A DNA stretch of 45,707 nt. Origin: an uncultured Planctomycetaceae bacterium (GTDB lineage: Bacteria; Planctomycetota; Planctomycetia; Pirellulales; Thermoguttaceae). The stretch covers positions 1 through 45,707 of the forward strand of contig CAMZHY010000001.1 of the NCBI GenBank assembly GCA_947307005.1, written 5' to 3'. Below the pieces are notes generated by a model. The model did no database searches. It had not been told where the DNA came from and was given only the letters and a program-made list of their open reading frames with translations. Position numbers and translations under genes: made by a program. This document shows, in pieces, positions 35,733-44,359 of this stretch; the stretch's first letter is position 1, and every line of letters begins with the position of its first letter.

Positions 35733-36365
35733 CTATTTAAATAGGACGACGCGTTCAGGCGTCGCAACGGCATGGACGCGAAAATCACGGTCGTCCGTCG
35801 GCGTTTTGAGAACGATTTGTTCATCGTAACAAACGCCGATAACCGTCGCGTTAGGACGCGTTTTGGGAAGAAAACGGTCGTAGTACCCCGCGCCGCGCCC
35901 AAGACGACCGCCATGGAGATCGAAGGCTAGCCCCGGAGTTAGTATAACGTCGATATCCTCCGGATTAACAATGTTTTCAGAAACATCGCGAAGTTCAGGG
36001 CGCGGTTCGAGTATTCCATATTTTGCAGGGATAAGATCGGGAAAAGAAGGCTCGCCGGTTTCGGGGTCGACGATAGGGCGACTGAGTTTGTAGAAGCGCA
36101 TTTCAACGCCTAAACAGAACGGAATCCCAATCGTTCTGCTAAAGCCATGTCCGTCGAAGAGTCTAGGAATGAAACGACGCGTGCGAACTTCCTCTCCGAA
36201 ATCGATGAAAACGGCGACGGTCGTCGCGTTTCTGACTTGCGAGAGCGACATAAGATTGCGATAAAGCTTTTCCGCGGCGTCGTTTCGGTCGAACGCCAAC
36301 GTTTGAAGTCGATTTTTCATCGAAGAACGGAGACTCTTTTTTGCCGACGCTAAATCTTGTTCCAT
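35733..36365 (-). CDS. 5-formyltetrahydrofolate cyclo-ligase
   Basis: The C-terminal GLAFDLHGGRLGRGAGYYDRFL motif is typical of the 5-FCL family. Confidence 0.9.
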   Translation of the reverse strand: MEQDLASAKKSLRSSMKNRLQTLAFDRNDAAEKLYRNLMSLSQVRNATTVAVFIDFGEEVRTRRFIPRLFDGHGFSRTIGIPFCLGVEMRFYKLSRPIVDPETGEPSFPDLIPAKYGILEPRPELRDVSENIVNPEDIDVILTPGLAFDLHGGRLGRGAGYYDRFLPKTRPNATVIGVCYDEQIVLKTPTDDRDFRVHAVATPERVVLFK

Positions 36366-36607
36366 GACGTTATATCCTCGGAAGAACGAAGTCGAAGAGC
36401 CAAGTTAAACGCGTCCCATTATCGTCGCGTTTGACAAAAGAGCAAGCGATCAAGGAGAAGGGAGGGGGAACCGTTGTCGAAATGGGAGTAAACGCGTATA
36501 ATCGTTTTGGACGCGTTGGCGTCATATTTGCCTTGAAAACGGACGCGGGTCCCGAGACTCGAAATAAGGTTTTAATTGGATCAAAACGACTAGAAGAGGG
36601 AATATTA

Positions 36608-37168
36608 ATGAGCGAAGACAATCGAATTGATCATTGCGACTGCAACTGCGACGAAGAAAATCAGAATACGGAAGGGTGTTGTTGCGGTCGAAATCACGAA
36701 CATGGCGAGGGATGTTGCGGAGACGGTCACGAACATAGCGAAGGCGGATGTTGCGGAGGCGGCCACGCGCATGGCGAAGGCGGATGTTGCGGAGGCGATC
36801 ACGCGCATGGCGAGGGCGGATGTTGCGGGCGGCGTCACGACGCCCCGTCCGAAGACGAGTTCGATTATTCTGAGCTTGACGTCGATCTTCCGAAGCCGAC
36901 GCTGATCATGATCGTTACGACGCTCGCGCAGCAGGCGATGGTTTCGATGGGGATTCTCCCGCATCCTGGGACAGGCAAGTCCGTTTTTCTTATGAAGCAG
37001 GCGTCTTATCTCATTGACTCGATCGACGTTCTTTATGAGAAAACGAACGGGAATCGCACCGAGGACGAAACGAGAACGATTTCAAGCGTGATGAGCGAGT
37101 TGCGGATGCTTTACGTTAAGGCTTCCGAAGAGAAGAGCCGCCGCGACGCCGCGAAGAAGTCGAAATAG
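36608..37168 (+). CDS. DUF1844-domain protein with N-terminal Cys/His-rich repeat region
   Basis: The C-terminal TLAQQAMVSMGILPHPGTGK...LIDSIDVLYEKTNGN...LRMLYV fits DUF1844. The N-terminus has four HxHGEGGCCGG units. ATG 36608 is preferred over the upstream TTG. Confidence 0.8.
   Translation: MSEDNRIDHCDCNCDEENQNTEGCCCGRNHEHGEGCCGDGHEHSEGGCCGGGHAHGEGGCCGGDHAHGEGGCCGRRHDAPSEDEFDYSELDVDLPKPTLIMIVTTLAQQAMVSMGILPHPGTGKSVFLMKQASYLIDSIDVLYEKTNGNRTEDETRTISSVMSELRMLYVKASEEKSRRDAAKKSK
36695..36835 (+). repeat. Four tandem 33-36-nt coding repeats (H-x-H-G/S-E-G-G-C-C-G-G-x)
   Basis: Units start at 36695, 36728, 36764 and 36800 and are near-identical at the nucleotide level. Confidence 0.85.
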
Positions 37169-37195
37169 TAACGTCGATAACGTTGGGCAAATAGA

Positions 37196-37231
37196 AAACG
37201 CCGTCGATTCAAAACCGAGCGGCGTTTTTTA
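37196..37231 (+). terminator. Rho-independent terminator after the DUF1844 gene
   Basis: aaaacgccgtcg...cgagcggcgtttt stem (one bulge) followed by T6. Confidence 0.7.
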
Positions 37232-37435
37232 TTCGGTCGAGAAGGGCAAGGGAACCCAAAAGTCCTAACAGCGCGCAGCGCGGCGCCTATCGATAAAAAA
37301 CAGCAAGAGCCGTCCTGACAGCCAACAGGCGTCGCCGCGTCCTTCCCCAGGCGCCGCGGTCAGGTCGACTCTTCTGATTAAACGCTCGCTACGACAACGG
37401 CGAAATATCGCGCGTTGAGACGTTTCAAAAACGAA

Positions 37436-37798
37436 TCAAGTTCCGTTGTACGCTGAAGCCGGATAGCCGGCGGCGGCTGTGCCGACGCGTCCGCCGCTAG
37501 GAGAGCACGGATCGCAAGGATTGCACTGCGTCTGAAGCGGCGCGCAAGGTTCGCATTGAGAATAAGCGCTCGCGGCGTTCATCATCATGACTTCATTGGT
37601 CGGATACGCGTTAACGACGGGCGTTCCCGTAGAGGCGACCACCGGCGCGCTATAGTCGCTCGTCGAAGACGAGCCAAGAATCGGAACGCGCGAGCCGTTG
37701 CGCGCGAAGCAACTGGTTCCGCCCTTGCAACCGACAAACAATGGGGAAGCGAGAAGTACGATTAACGAGAACGTAAGGACTTTTTTCATTTGGAACAA
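37436..37798 (-). CDS. Small putative lipoprotein, Cys/Pro-rich C-terminal half
   Basis: Lipobox-like LFVGC after a hydrophobic signal, and a CEPCAPLQTQCNPCDPC segment. Confidence 0.6.
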   Translation of the reverse strand: MFQMKKVLTFSLIVLLASPLFVGCKGGTSCFARNGSRVPILGSSSTSDYSAPVVASTGTPVVNAYPTNEVMMMNAASAYSQCEPCAPLQTQCNPCDPCSPSGGRVGTAAAGYPASAYNGT

Positions 37799-38267
37799 TC
37801 CGTTGACTTAGTCAAAAGTAACAGGGAATCGCGCCGTCACGACGACGCAATTCAGGCGTCAGGGCGCTTATCTATGATAACGACAAATCGCGAAAACGAG
37901 GCAAGCTTTTTTTCGCTGTTTTAACTCTTTCCACAGATTTTAGACTTCAAGAATCCGTCAATTCCGTATAAGCGGATTTTCCGACGTTAAACGTTGTTAG
38001 AATGATTGAAATGAAAGTTTAGAATATTTAAAAATATCGATATAATTGTTATATGTTTTGTCTGTTTTATACATTTTCTATATCTTGTATGTTTTTTAAT
38101 ACGCCGCCGCTTTCTGAATCGCCGTTATTGGAAATTGTAGTATTGTTTCCCAAATAACCTATCTTGCGTATTATTTATATGCGCGGATCGACGATTGAAG
38201 AAACAAGTCTGAATAAACAACTGGAAGGGGACGAACGTCCCTTGTTTATTGCGACGTAGGCGAAACC

Positions 38268-40913
38268 ATGATCCACATTAGAAAACTTTTATTCTACCTG
38301 TTCCTGTTAGTCGCCTTATCGGCGGCGTCAGTCGTGTCAGTGTTAAAGCTGTCCGACAACGGGATCCCGACAGGGAACGATTACAGACCGGGCGTTAAGA
38401 AGATAGCCGACTCCGTCGCCGAAACGACGGTCGATCCTCTTATCGATCCCAACGTTAGAATTAGCGTCGAGCCGTCTTCTACGACTGTTGAAGGCGCAAT
38501 CGATTCCGAGAGCGACGCGATCGGTATGGAAGCCTTCGGCGATCAGATTCTTGCCGCCGAAAAATTTGCCGACGAGAATACGGCGGATGAAGTCGCGCCG
38601 GTCGATCTTGAGGACGAAACGAATTCCGACTTTGATTTCATCGCCGTTTCCGCCGTACGGACAGCGGAAGACGAAGAGAACGAAGAGATTGTCTTTGAGG
38701 ACAATGAAGTCGCCGACGAAACAGTCTTCGAAGACGTCGTCGACGATGTTGCGAGCGACGCTGTCGAATCGTCTCAAGACGTTTCCTATTCCGAGGGCTT
38801 CGACGGCGACGACGACTGGGTTGTTTTCGACGAGAACGACGAGACAGACGAGGACTTCGAAGATTCTATTGACTTTGTTTTCGACGAAGTTTCCGACGAA
38901 GTTTCTGACGAAGTTTCCGACGAAGTTTCCGACGAAGTTTCCGACGAAGTTTCCGACGAAGTTTCCGACGACGAAACGGAATTGGATACGGATTCGAATG
39001 CGGACTCCGATACGGAAGACGTCGTCAATATGAACGAAACGTTTGTCGTCGATATGAACGCGGACGACGAGATCGTTTTCGATTCCAACGACTTCCCATT
39101 GGAAGATAAGGACGAACTTGAGGACGCTTCGTCCGACGAGATCTCTTTTGACGACGACGATCTGGTCGAAGAGGAAGCCGATTCGACGATCGCTTCTTCC
39201 GCCGACGTTTCTTTTGACGACGTCTTTGAAAGCGACGAGACGAGCGCCGACGTCGCCGAGACTGACGTCGAGACAACCGACGTTTTAGACGAAGACGTTG
39301 TCGCCGAGGAAACGAACGACTCCATTGACGATTTCCTCAGCGCGCTTGAATCGAACGACGTTGAAGACGAGATCGTCTTTGACGACAACGACGTCGATAA
39401 CGAAGAGATTGTTGACGACGTCGAGAACGCGCCGCTTGACGAGGAGATTACCGAGGTCGAATCGGACTCCGTTGGAGAGAATAGCGAAGCGAACGCTCAA
39501 ACGACCGCGCCTGTTGACGACGAGTCGGAGAATGGCGATTCAGAATCGAACGCCGGCAAGGTGTTCTTTAAGACGAAGTCTGCAAAAGACGCGGCGATCG
39601 TCCTTCCAAATATTGACGCTCTCGAGCAAGAGGCGGAATTCTTCAAGGGAACGCTCCAAGCGAAAGACGACGAAGAAGAAAACGCGTCGGGCAGACTTTT
39701 GGAGACCGGCAAGACGGACGACGCTTATACGAGCGAGATCGTTTATGATTCAAACGACGCCTCCGAATCGGACGACGAGACTCCGGACGCCTCGGACGAT
39801 TCGACGACTTGCGCTCCCGCAGATGAAGCCGACGACGCTTCTGACGGCGACGAACAAGAGAAGTCCAACGAACCGGCGGATCCTTGCGGGCCGGTCGTTC
39901 TTTGCCTTGTGAGCGACGACGAGGAGACCGAAGAGGCGGACGCCGTCGCCGAAAAAGTCGAATCTCAATCTTTAGAACAGAATAACAAATACCATCAAGC
40001 CCCGACGACGGTGCGCGTCAGTTCCCAGTCGGTCGCCGACAAGGTTCCCGCAACTCCGACGAATCATCTTCAGGATGAAATCTGGATCATATCGCAAGGG
40101 GGAACGTATTGGCTTTTTGAAAACGGGTCATGGAACCAGAAGGAACCCAAAAGTTTTTTTTCGGGAGACGATCCTAGACGCGTTTCCATTATTTGGGCGC
40201 ACGGGTATCAAACGGACATGAGTTCCGCGTCGCGAAGCGGTTTCAATTTGAAAGCCGTCGTCGACGCCGCCCGCGCGGCGACTGGGGTCGATAGAAAGTA
40301 TCGTCTTGTGATTTGGAAATGGGAGTCGGAGCGCAATAACACGCGATTGAGACTCGACGCGCGCGAGAAAAAAGATTTGGCGTACTATAGCGGGACCAAA
40401 CTTGGCAATTTTGTCGGTCGTTTGAACCCGAAAGACGACGTCGTCTTCATTGGGTTTAGTTTTGGCGCTCTTGTGACGGGCTCCGCGTTACAAACGCTTG
40501 CGACGACGTCGAATCGCTATATGAGCGGTCGCAATAAGACCGCGTTCGCGACGTCCGGCGTTGAATCGGAAACGACGCCCGAAGTTGCGTCGGGCAGAAT
40601 CTCGATCTTGCTGGTGAGCGCCGCGTGCGACCTTGGTTCTTTTAACCAAGGGGGAATCTTTCAAACGGGCGCGACGTTGCCGACTCGAGCGCTGAACGTT
40701 TATAATCCGACCGACTACGCGTTGAAGTTTTATCCGCTTATTTCGGGAACTTCTCAGGCGATTGGAATCGCGCCCCTCATGGGGAACGAATTTGTCAACG
40801 CCGTCGGCGAGACGTTTAACGTCAACGCGAACAGTTATTTGGGCAAGGAACATTCTTTCGACGAGGCGATCGAGTGCGTTCCGTCGACGACGCTGAGCGA
40901 CATGATCTTCTGA
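38268..40913 (+). CDS. Membrane-anchored giant acidic (D/E-rich) protein with C-terminal DUF900-like alpha/beta-hydrolase domain
   Basis: N-terminal TM helix and ~560 aa of D/E/V/S low complexity including (VSDE)7. The C-terminal globular domain has IIWAHGY and a GFSFG nucleophile-elbow pattern. Confidence 0.85.
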   Translation: MIHIRKLLFYLFLLVALSAASVVSVLKLSDNGIPTGNDYRPGVKKIADSVAETTVDPLIDPNVRISVEPSSTTVEGAIDSESDAIGMEAFGDQILAAEKFADENTADEVAPVDLEDETNSDFDFIAVSAVRTAEDEENEEIVFEDNEVADETVFEDVVDDVASDAVESSQDVSYSEGFDGDDDWVVFDENDETDEDFEDSIDFVFDEVSDEVSDEVSDEVSDEVSDEVSDEVSDDETELDTDSNADSDTEDVVNMNETFVVDMNADDEIVFDSNDFPLEDKDELEDASSDEISFDDDDLVEEEADSTIASSADVSFDDVFESDETSADVAETDVETTDVLDEDVVAEETNDSIDDFLSALESNDVEDEIVFDDNDVDNEEIVDDVENAPLDEEITEVESDSVGENSEANAQTTAPVDDESENGDSESNAGKVFFKTKSAKDAAIVLPNIDALEQEAEFFKGTLQAKDDEEENASGRLLETGKTDDAYTSEIVYDSNDASESDDETPDASDDSTTCAPADEADDASDGDEQEKSNEPADPCGPVVLCLVSDDEETEEADAVAEKVESQSLEQNNKYHQAPTTVRVSSQSVADKVPATPTNHLQDEIWIISQGGTYWLFENGSWNQKEPKSFFSGDDPRRVSIIWAHGYQTDMSSASRSGFNLKAVVDAARAATGVDRKYRLVIWKWESERNNTRLRLDAREKKDLAYYSGTKLGNFVGRLNPKDDVVFIGFSFGALVTGSALQTLATTSNRYMSGRNKTAFATSGVESETTPEVASGRISILLVSAACDLGSFNQGGIFQTGATLPTRALNVYNPTDYALKFYPLISGTSQAIGIAPLMGNEFVNAVGETFNVNANSYLGKEHSFDEAIECVPSTTLSDMIF
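38883..38966 (+). repeat. Seven tandem copies of the 12-nt unit gacgaagtttcc (one c->t variant)
   Basis: Read directly from the sequence; it encodes DEVS x7 in frame. Confidence 0.97.
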
Positions 40914-40963
40914 CGTTAAGTAGGATATCGCTCGCCCCGGTTCCAGTTTCGGGGTCGCAATAG

Positions 40964-41011
40964 CGACAGGGCTTTCGGAGACTCTTCGGTCTTCGGAAGC
41001 CCTGTCGTTTT
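40964..41011 (+). terminator. Rho-independent terminator after the acidic-protein gene
   Basis: 11-bp stem cgacagggctt/aagccctgtcg followed by tttt. Confidence 0.7.
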
Positions 41012-41053
41012 AGTAGGACGCGCCGGGTCGTTTCACGTGAAACGCCCCCGTCT

Positions 41054-42130
41054 TTACGCCGTCTCTTTGAGGACGAGCGTCATGAGCGTAATGAAACTGA
41101 TAAAGTTGAGCGTCATGTGCATTCCTAAGACCGTCGCGAATTCTTTGGAGCGATAGTAGACGATTCCTAGGTACAAAGCGAATACAAAAATGGGGATCGG
41201 GGCGACAATGGCGTCGGGAAAGAACCGTTCGGAGATGATGTTGATTGCCTGTATCACGGGGTAGCCGAGAAGAAGAAAAAAAACGCCGCGGAGCCAGCTT
41301 TTCAGAAATCGTCCCGTTTCTTGAAGGGTCGCCGCGCTGGGTAGTCCAAGATCGGCGGGTTTTATTCCGGCGTAACCGACAAGAAGCGCCAGCCCGACAA
41401 CAAAGGTCGTCAGATTTGAAAGACCGTCGGAGACGAGCGAACGGAATAGTTCGGCAAGAGGCGTTGGATTCTCTGGATCGTCTGGAACGCCTGCGTGAAG
41501 AAGCGCAAATAGGAGCGCGGGAAATAGAATCGCCAGAGCAACCCTGACGAGACGATCGCGCTTTGCGATTCTAGCTACGGCGTGAAACTGTTTTGTTTCG
41601 TCTGGCGACAGTTCCGAAGAAGAAATCGGAACGTCGGGGGCGCCGGGGTTGGGAATCGGTTTATCAACGTCAAAAATTTGCCGCGTTGTTCCTTGAAGAA
41701 CCGCCCGAAAGACAAACTCCTCCGCAAGGGGCGCGAGGCACGCGACCGTCAGAAAAAACAGAGCGGCGACTATTCCAAAATAGGGGGTCGCGCGAGACCT
41801 AATTAGGAGTCGCGCCAAAGGATGTTGCTTCGCAACCTGATCGGGGGCGAAAATGGAGTCGTCATCCGGCGACGTCTCTGGCGAATCGTCGCAGTCCTTC
41901 TCGGCGAGAGTCTCTAAAACGACGTCGGGGGCGGAGGTTGCTTGATTTTCATCTTGATCGACGACGACTGTTTCTTCTTCAAACTTGGGAAAACTGTCCG
42001 CGAGAAAGTAGACGACGCCGCCCGCGATAAAAGGAGAGACGATGAGAAAAAGCGTTAGGATGACGAATCCAAGTCCGAGAGACAGAGAAGGGGTCCGTTC
42101 TTGTAGAGGATAGTAGTTATTGAGAACCAT
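41054..42130 (-). CDS. CPBP-family intramembrane glutamic endopeptidase (CAAX protease-like)
   Basis: EEFVFRAVLQG and FALLH motifs in a polytopic membrane protein. Confidence 0.88.
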   Translation of the reverse strand: MVLNNYYPLQERTPSLSLGLGFVILTLFLIVSPFIAGGVVYFLADSFPKFEEETVVVDQDENQATSAPDVVLETLAEKDCDDSPETSPDDDSIFAPDQVAKQHPLARLLIRSRATPYFGIVAALFFLTVACLAPLAEEFVFRAVLQGTTRQIFDVDKPIPNPGAPDVPISSSELSPDETKQFHAVARIAKRDRLVRVALAILFPALLFALLHAGVPDDPENPTPLAELFRSLVSDGLSNLTTFVVGLALLVGYAGIKPADLGLPSAATLQETGRFLKSWLRGVFFLLLGYPVIQAINIISERFFPDAIVAPIPIFVFALYLGIVYYRSKEFATVLGMHMTLNFISFITLMTLVLKETA

Positions 42131-42210
42131 GGGACGAAGGGATCGAAAAGCCCGGAATGCGGATAGGAACGAATCCGGGCTCTCCTGGGAAACGATCGTA
42201 GGACGGAGTT

Positions 42211-42903
42211 TCAGCTTTTCGCGTCGTCGGCGGCGACGTCAGGCGCGCTTGCTTTAGCTTTTTTGTTCATATTGAGAGCGGCGCGAATGTAAATCCACCC
42301 CGAATAGAGCGTCAAGAAGACAACGACGTAGAAGCAGAGCAAGAACGCAATTTTAAGCGCCATCGGAGCGGCGACTTCTTCTCTAACGTAATATAGAATC
42401 AAAAAGGCGAGCGGAATGTCGACGCACTGAATTCCAGTCTTCCATTTGCCGACCCATTTGGCCGAGAAATCGCCGCCGCTTGATTCGACCATCGATCGCA
42501 GCATCGTGACGAAGAGTTCGCGTAGAATGATCATGACGACCATCCATGTCGCGAGTCCGAGAGGTATTTTGGCCAGCGGACAGCCGCAGGTCGTTGTCGC
42601 GTGGTTGAAGAGATCATGGAGTTCGGGTCTCGAAACGAGACAGACGAACGTTCCGCAAACAAGCGCCTTATCTGCGAACGGATCCATGATACGACCAAAC
42701 TGAGTCTTCTGATTGTATTTTCGCGCCCACCATCCGTCGACGAAGTCGGAGGCGGCGGCGATGATAAAAAGGATAAGACAGGTAATATATAGTTTAAACG
42801 GAAAGATAAAGAAAACAATAAAAGCAAAGACGATCCTCAGCATCGTCAGAATATTGGGGACGTTCCAAAGTTTCGGTTCTGAAACGCGCGCTTGATCGGT
42901 CAT
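42211..42903 (-). CDS. pgsA: CDP-alcohol phosphatidyltransferase (phosphatidylglycerophosphate synthase-like)
   Basis: DFVDGWWARKYNQKTQFGRIMDPFADK matches D-x2-DG-x2-AR-x8-G-x3-D-x3-D. AGGAGG precedes ATG 42903; the track ORF starts at TTG 42930. Confidence 0.9.
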   Translation of the reverse strand: MTDQARVSEPKLWNVPNILTMLRIVFAFIVFFIFPFKLYITCLILFIIAAASDFVDGWWARKYNQKTQFGRIMDPFADKALVCGTFVCLVSRPELHDLFNHATTTCGCPLAKIPLGLATWMVVMIILRELFVTMLRSMVESSGGDFSAKWVGKWKTGIQCVDIPLAFLILYYVREEVAAPMALKIAFLLCFYVVVFLTLYSGWIYIRAALNMNKKAKASAPDVAADDAKS

Positions 42904-42956
42904 GGCTTTGTCTCCTCCTAGAGAACGCAAAATGAAATCGCGGCGAGTGTGAAGCG

Positions 42957-43856
42957 CTAATCGTGAAACGTGTCGAGATCGGAAAGACGAGCGAGCGCTT
43001 GAACGAGCGCCTGAACGCCTTTTCGACTTCCGCCTTGCGCTACAAGCGCGACGTAGAGCTGACGAACGAGCGCAAGGCCGGGAAGGGCGATCTGGAGTTT
43101 TTCCGCATCTTCGAGCGCGAGCCCCATGTCTTTAACAAAATGTTCGACGTAGAAGCCGGGCTGGTAATCTCCTTTGATAATTCGCGGTCCGTAATTGGAA
43201 AGCGACCAACTTCCCGCCGCGCCCGTCGCGACGGACGCGATTGTTTTCTCAAGATCGAGTCCCGCTCTATAAGCGTAAAGAAGCGCTTCGCACACCCCGA
43301 TCATCGTTCCTGCGATGAGAATCTGGTTGGCGAGTTTGGTTCGTTGTCCGGCGCCCGGTTCGCCAACGCGGCGGATATTGGTTCCCAACCGCTCAAACAG
43401 CGGCGTTAGACGCTTCGCCGCTTCTTCGGAGCCGCCAATCATAATGGAAAGCGTTCCATTCCTTGCGCCGACGTCGCCGCCGGAAACGGGCGCGTCGAGC
43501 GCTTCGAAACCGCTGGTCTTCGCGGCGTCGGCAATCTCGACGGCGAGCTCGGGAGAGCTGGTGGACATATCGACGTAAACTTTGCCGTCGGCGTTTCCCT
43601 CCTTCCAAGCGGCGAGGACTCCGCGCGCGCCAAAGAAAACGTCGCGAACGTCTCGAGGGTATCCGACGCACGAAAAGACGACGTCAGTTTGCGCGGCGAC
43701 GTCGGCGGCGGAGTCGCCCCATTTGGCGCCGGCGTCGAGCAACGGTTTTGCCTTTTGAGGCGAACGCGTCGTGACGACGAGGGGATATCCGGCTTCTAAT
43801 AGACGTTTGGCGCATGATCCGCCGATCACGCCCGTTCCAATCCAACCGATGCGCAT
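42957..43856 (-). CDS. NAD(P)-dependent beta-hydroxyacid dehydrogenase (3-hydroxyisobutyrate / tartronate semialdehyde reductase family)
   Basis: N-terminal GWIGTGVIGG Rossmann motif, DAPVSGG and a conserved C-terminal helical domain. Confidence 0.9.
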   Translation of the reverse strand: MRIGWIGTGVIGGSCAKRLLEAGYPLVVTTRSPQKAKPLLDAGAKWGDSAADVAAQTDVVFSCVGYPRDVRDVFFGARGVLAAWKEGNADGKVYVDMSTSSPELAVEIADAAKTSGFEALDAPVSGGDVGARNGTLSIMIGGSEEAAKRLTPLFERLGTNIRRVGEPGAGQRTKLANQILIAGTMIGVCEALLYAYRAGLDLEKTIASVATGAAGSWSLSNYGPRIIKGDYQPGFYVEHFVKDMGLALEDAEKLQIALPGLALVRQLYVALVAQGGSRKGVQALVQALARLSDLDTFHD

Positions 43857-44022
43857 AGCGACAGTATGATTCCTGTTTTAAGGTTGAGCGTCTTGGCGTT
43901 TTCGCGCCAGTCAAAATCGAACTTCATTGTTCAAAAAAAACGGGCGGCGTCAAGTCGGACGCGGCCGCCGCTATCGTTTTATTGAATCGCGGAAATTTTG
44001 TGGGAATTTTTCATTTCGCCCC

Positions 44023-44050
44023 TTGTCAAAGGGACGGCGAAAGATATACT
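44023..44050 (+). promoter_or_regulatory. Sigma-70-like promoter for tRNA-Leu (-35 TTGTCA, 16 nt, -10 TATACT)
   Basis: The hexamers are at 44023-44028 and 44045-44050, and the tRNA starts 13 nt downstream. Confidence 0.5.
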
Positions 44051-44062
44051 ACTGGCACGCTT

Positions 44063-44147
44063 GCGGGCGTGGCGGAATTGGCAGACGCGTCAGGTTGAGG
44101 GCCTGATGGGAGTTAATCCCGTGGAGGTTCGAGTCCTCTCGCCCGCA
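44063..44147 (+). tRNA. tRNA-Leu (anticodon GAG), type II with long variable arm
   Basis: Acceptor stem GCGGGCG/CGCCCGC, anticodon stem TCAGG/CCTGA with loop TTGAGGG, variable-arm stem GGGA/TCCC and T-loop GGTTCGAGTCC. No CCA is encoded. Confidence 0.93.
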
Positions 44148-44154
44148 CTCGTAC

Positions 44155-44190
44155 AGGATCAGGTTGCGACGAGCGCCTGATCCTTTTTTA
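44155..44190 (+). terminator. Rho-independent terminator after tRNA-Leu
   Basis: 9-bp stem aggatcagg/cctgatcct followed by ttttttattt. Confidence 0.75.
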
Positions 44191-44359
44191 TTTCTTGACC
44201 TTTCTAGGCGCGCGCTACGTTTCACGGGAAACGTCCAAGTCGTCGGTTTTCTGCTCTGCGGCGCTTGCTTTTTGGGCGCGTTTCCGGGTATGATAAAAAA
44301 GCGACGACGAGAGTCGCCTATATGTTATCAAATAAAAGTTAGTAAAAAAATAAGAGTAT

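Noticed and set aside
38883-38966. Short tandem repeats (also 36695-36835 and 6885-7151) considered as possible CRISPR arrays.
   Set aside because: The units are contiguous with no spacers, lie in frame inside long ORFs, and no cas genes are present.
38786-39388. 200-aa Ser-rich ORF and other ORFs (38488-39033, 39298-39912) overlapping the acidic-protein gene.
   Set aside because: These are alternative-frame or antisense readings of GAC/GAA-rich repeats. The +1 frame is continuous from a TM anchor to a folded C-terminal domain.
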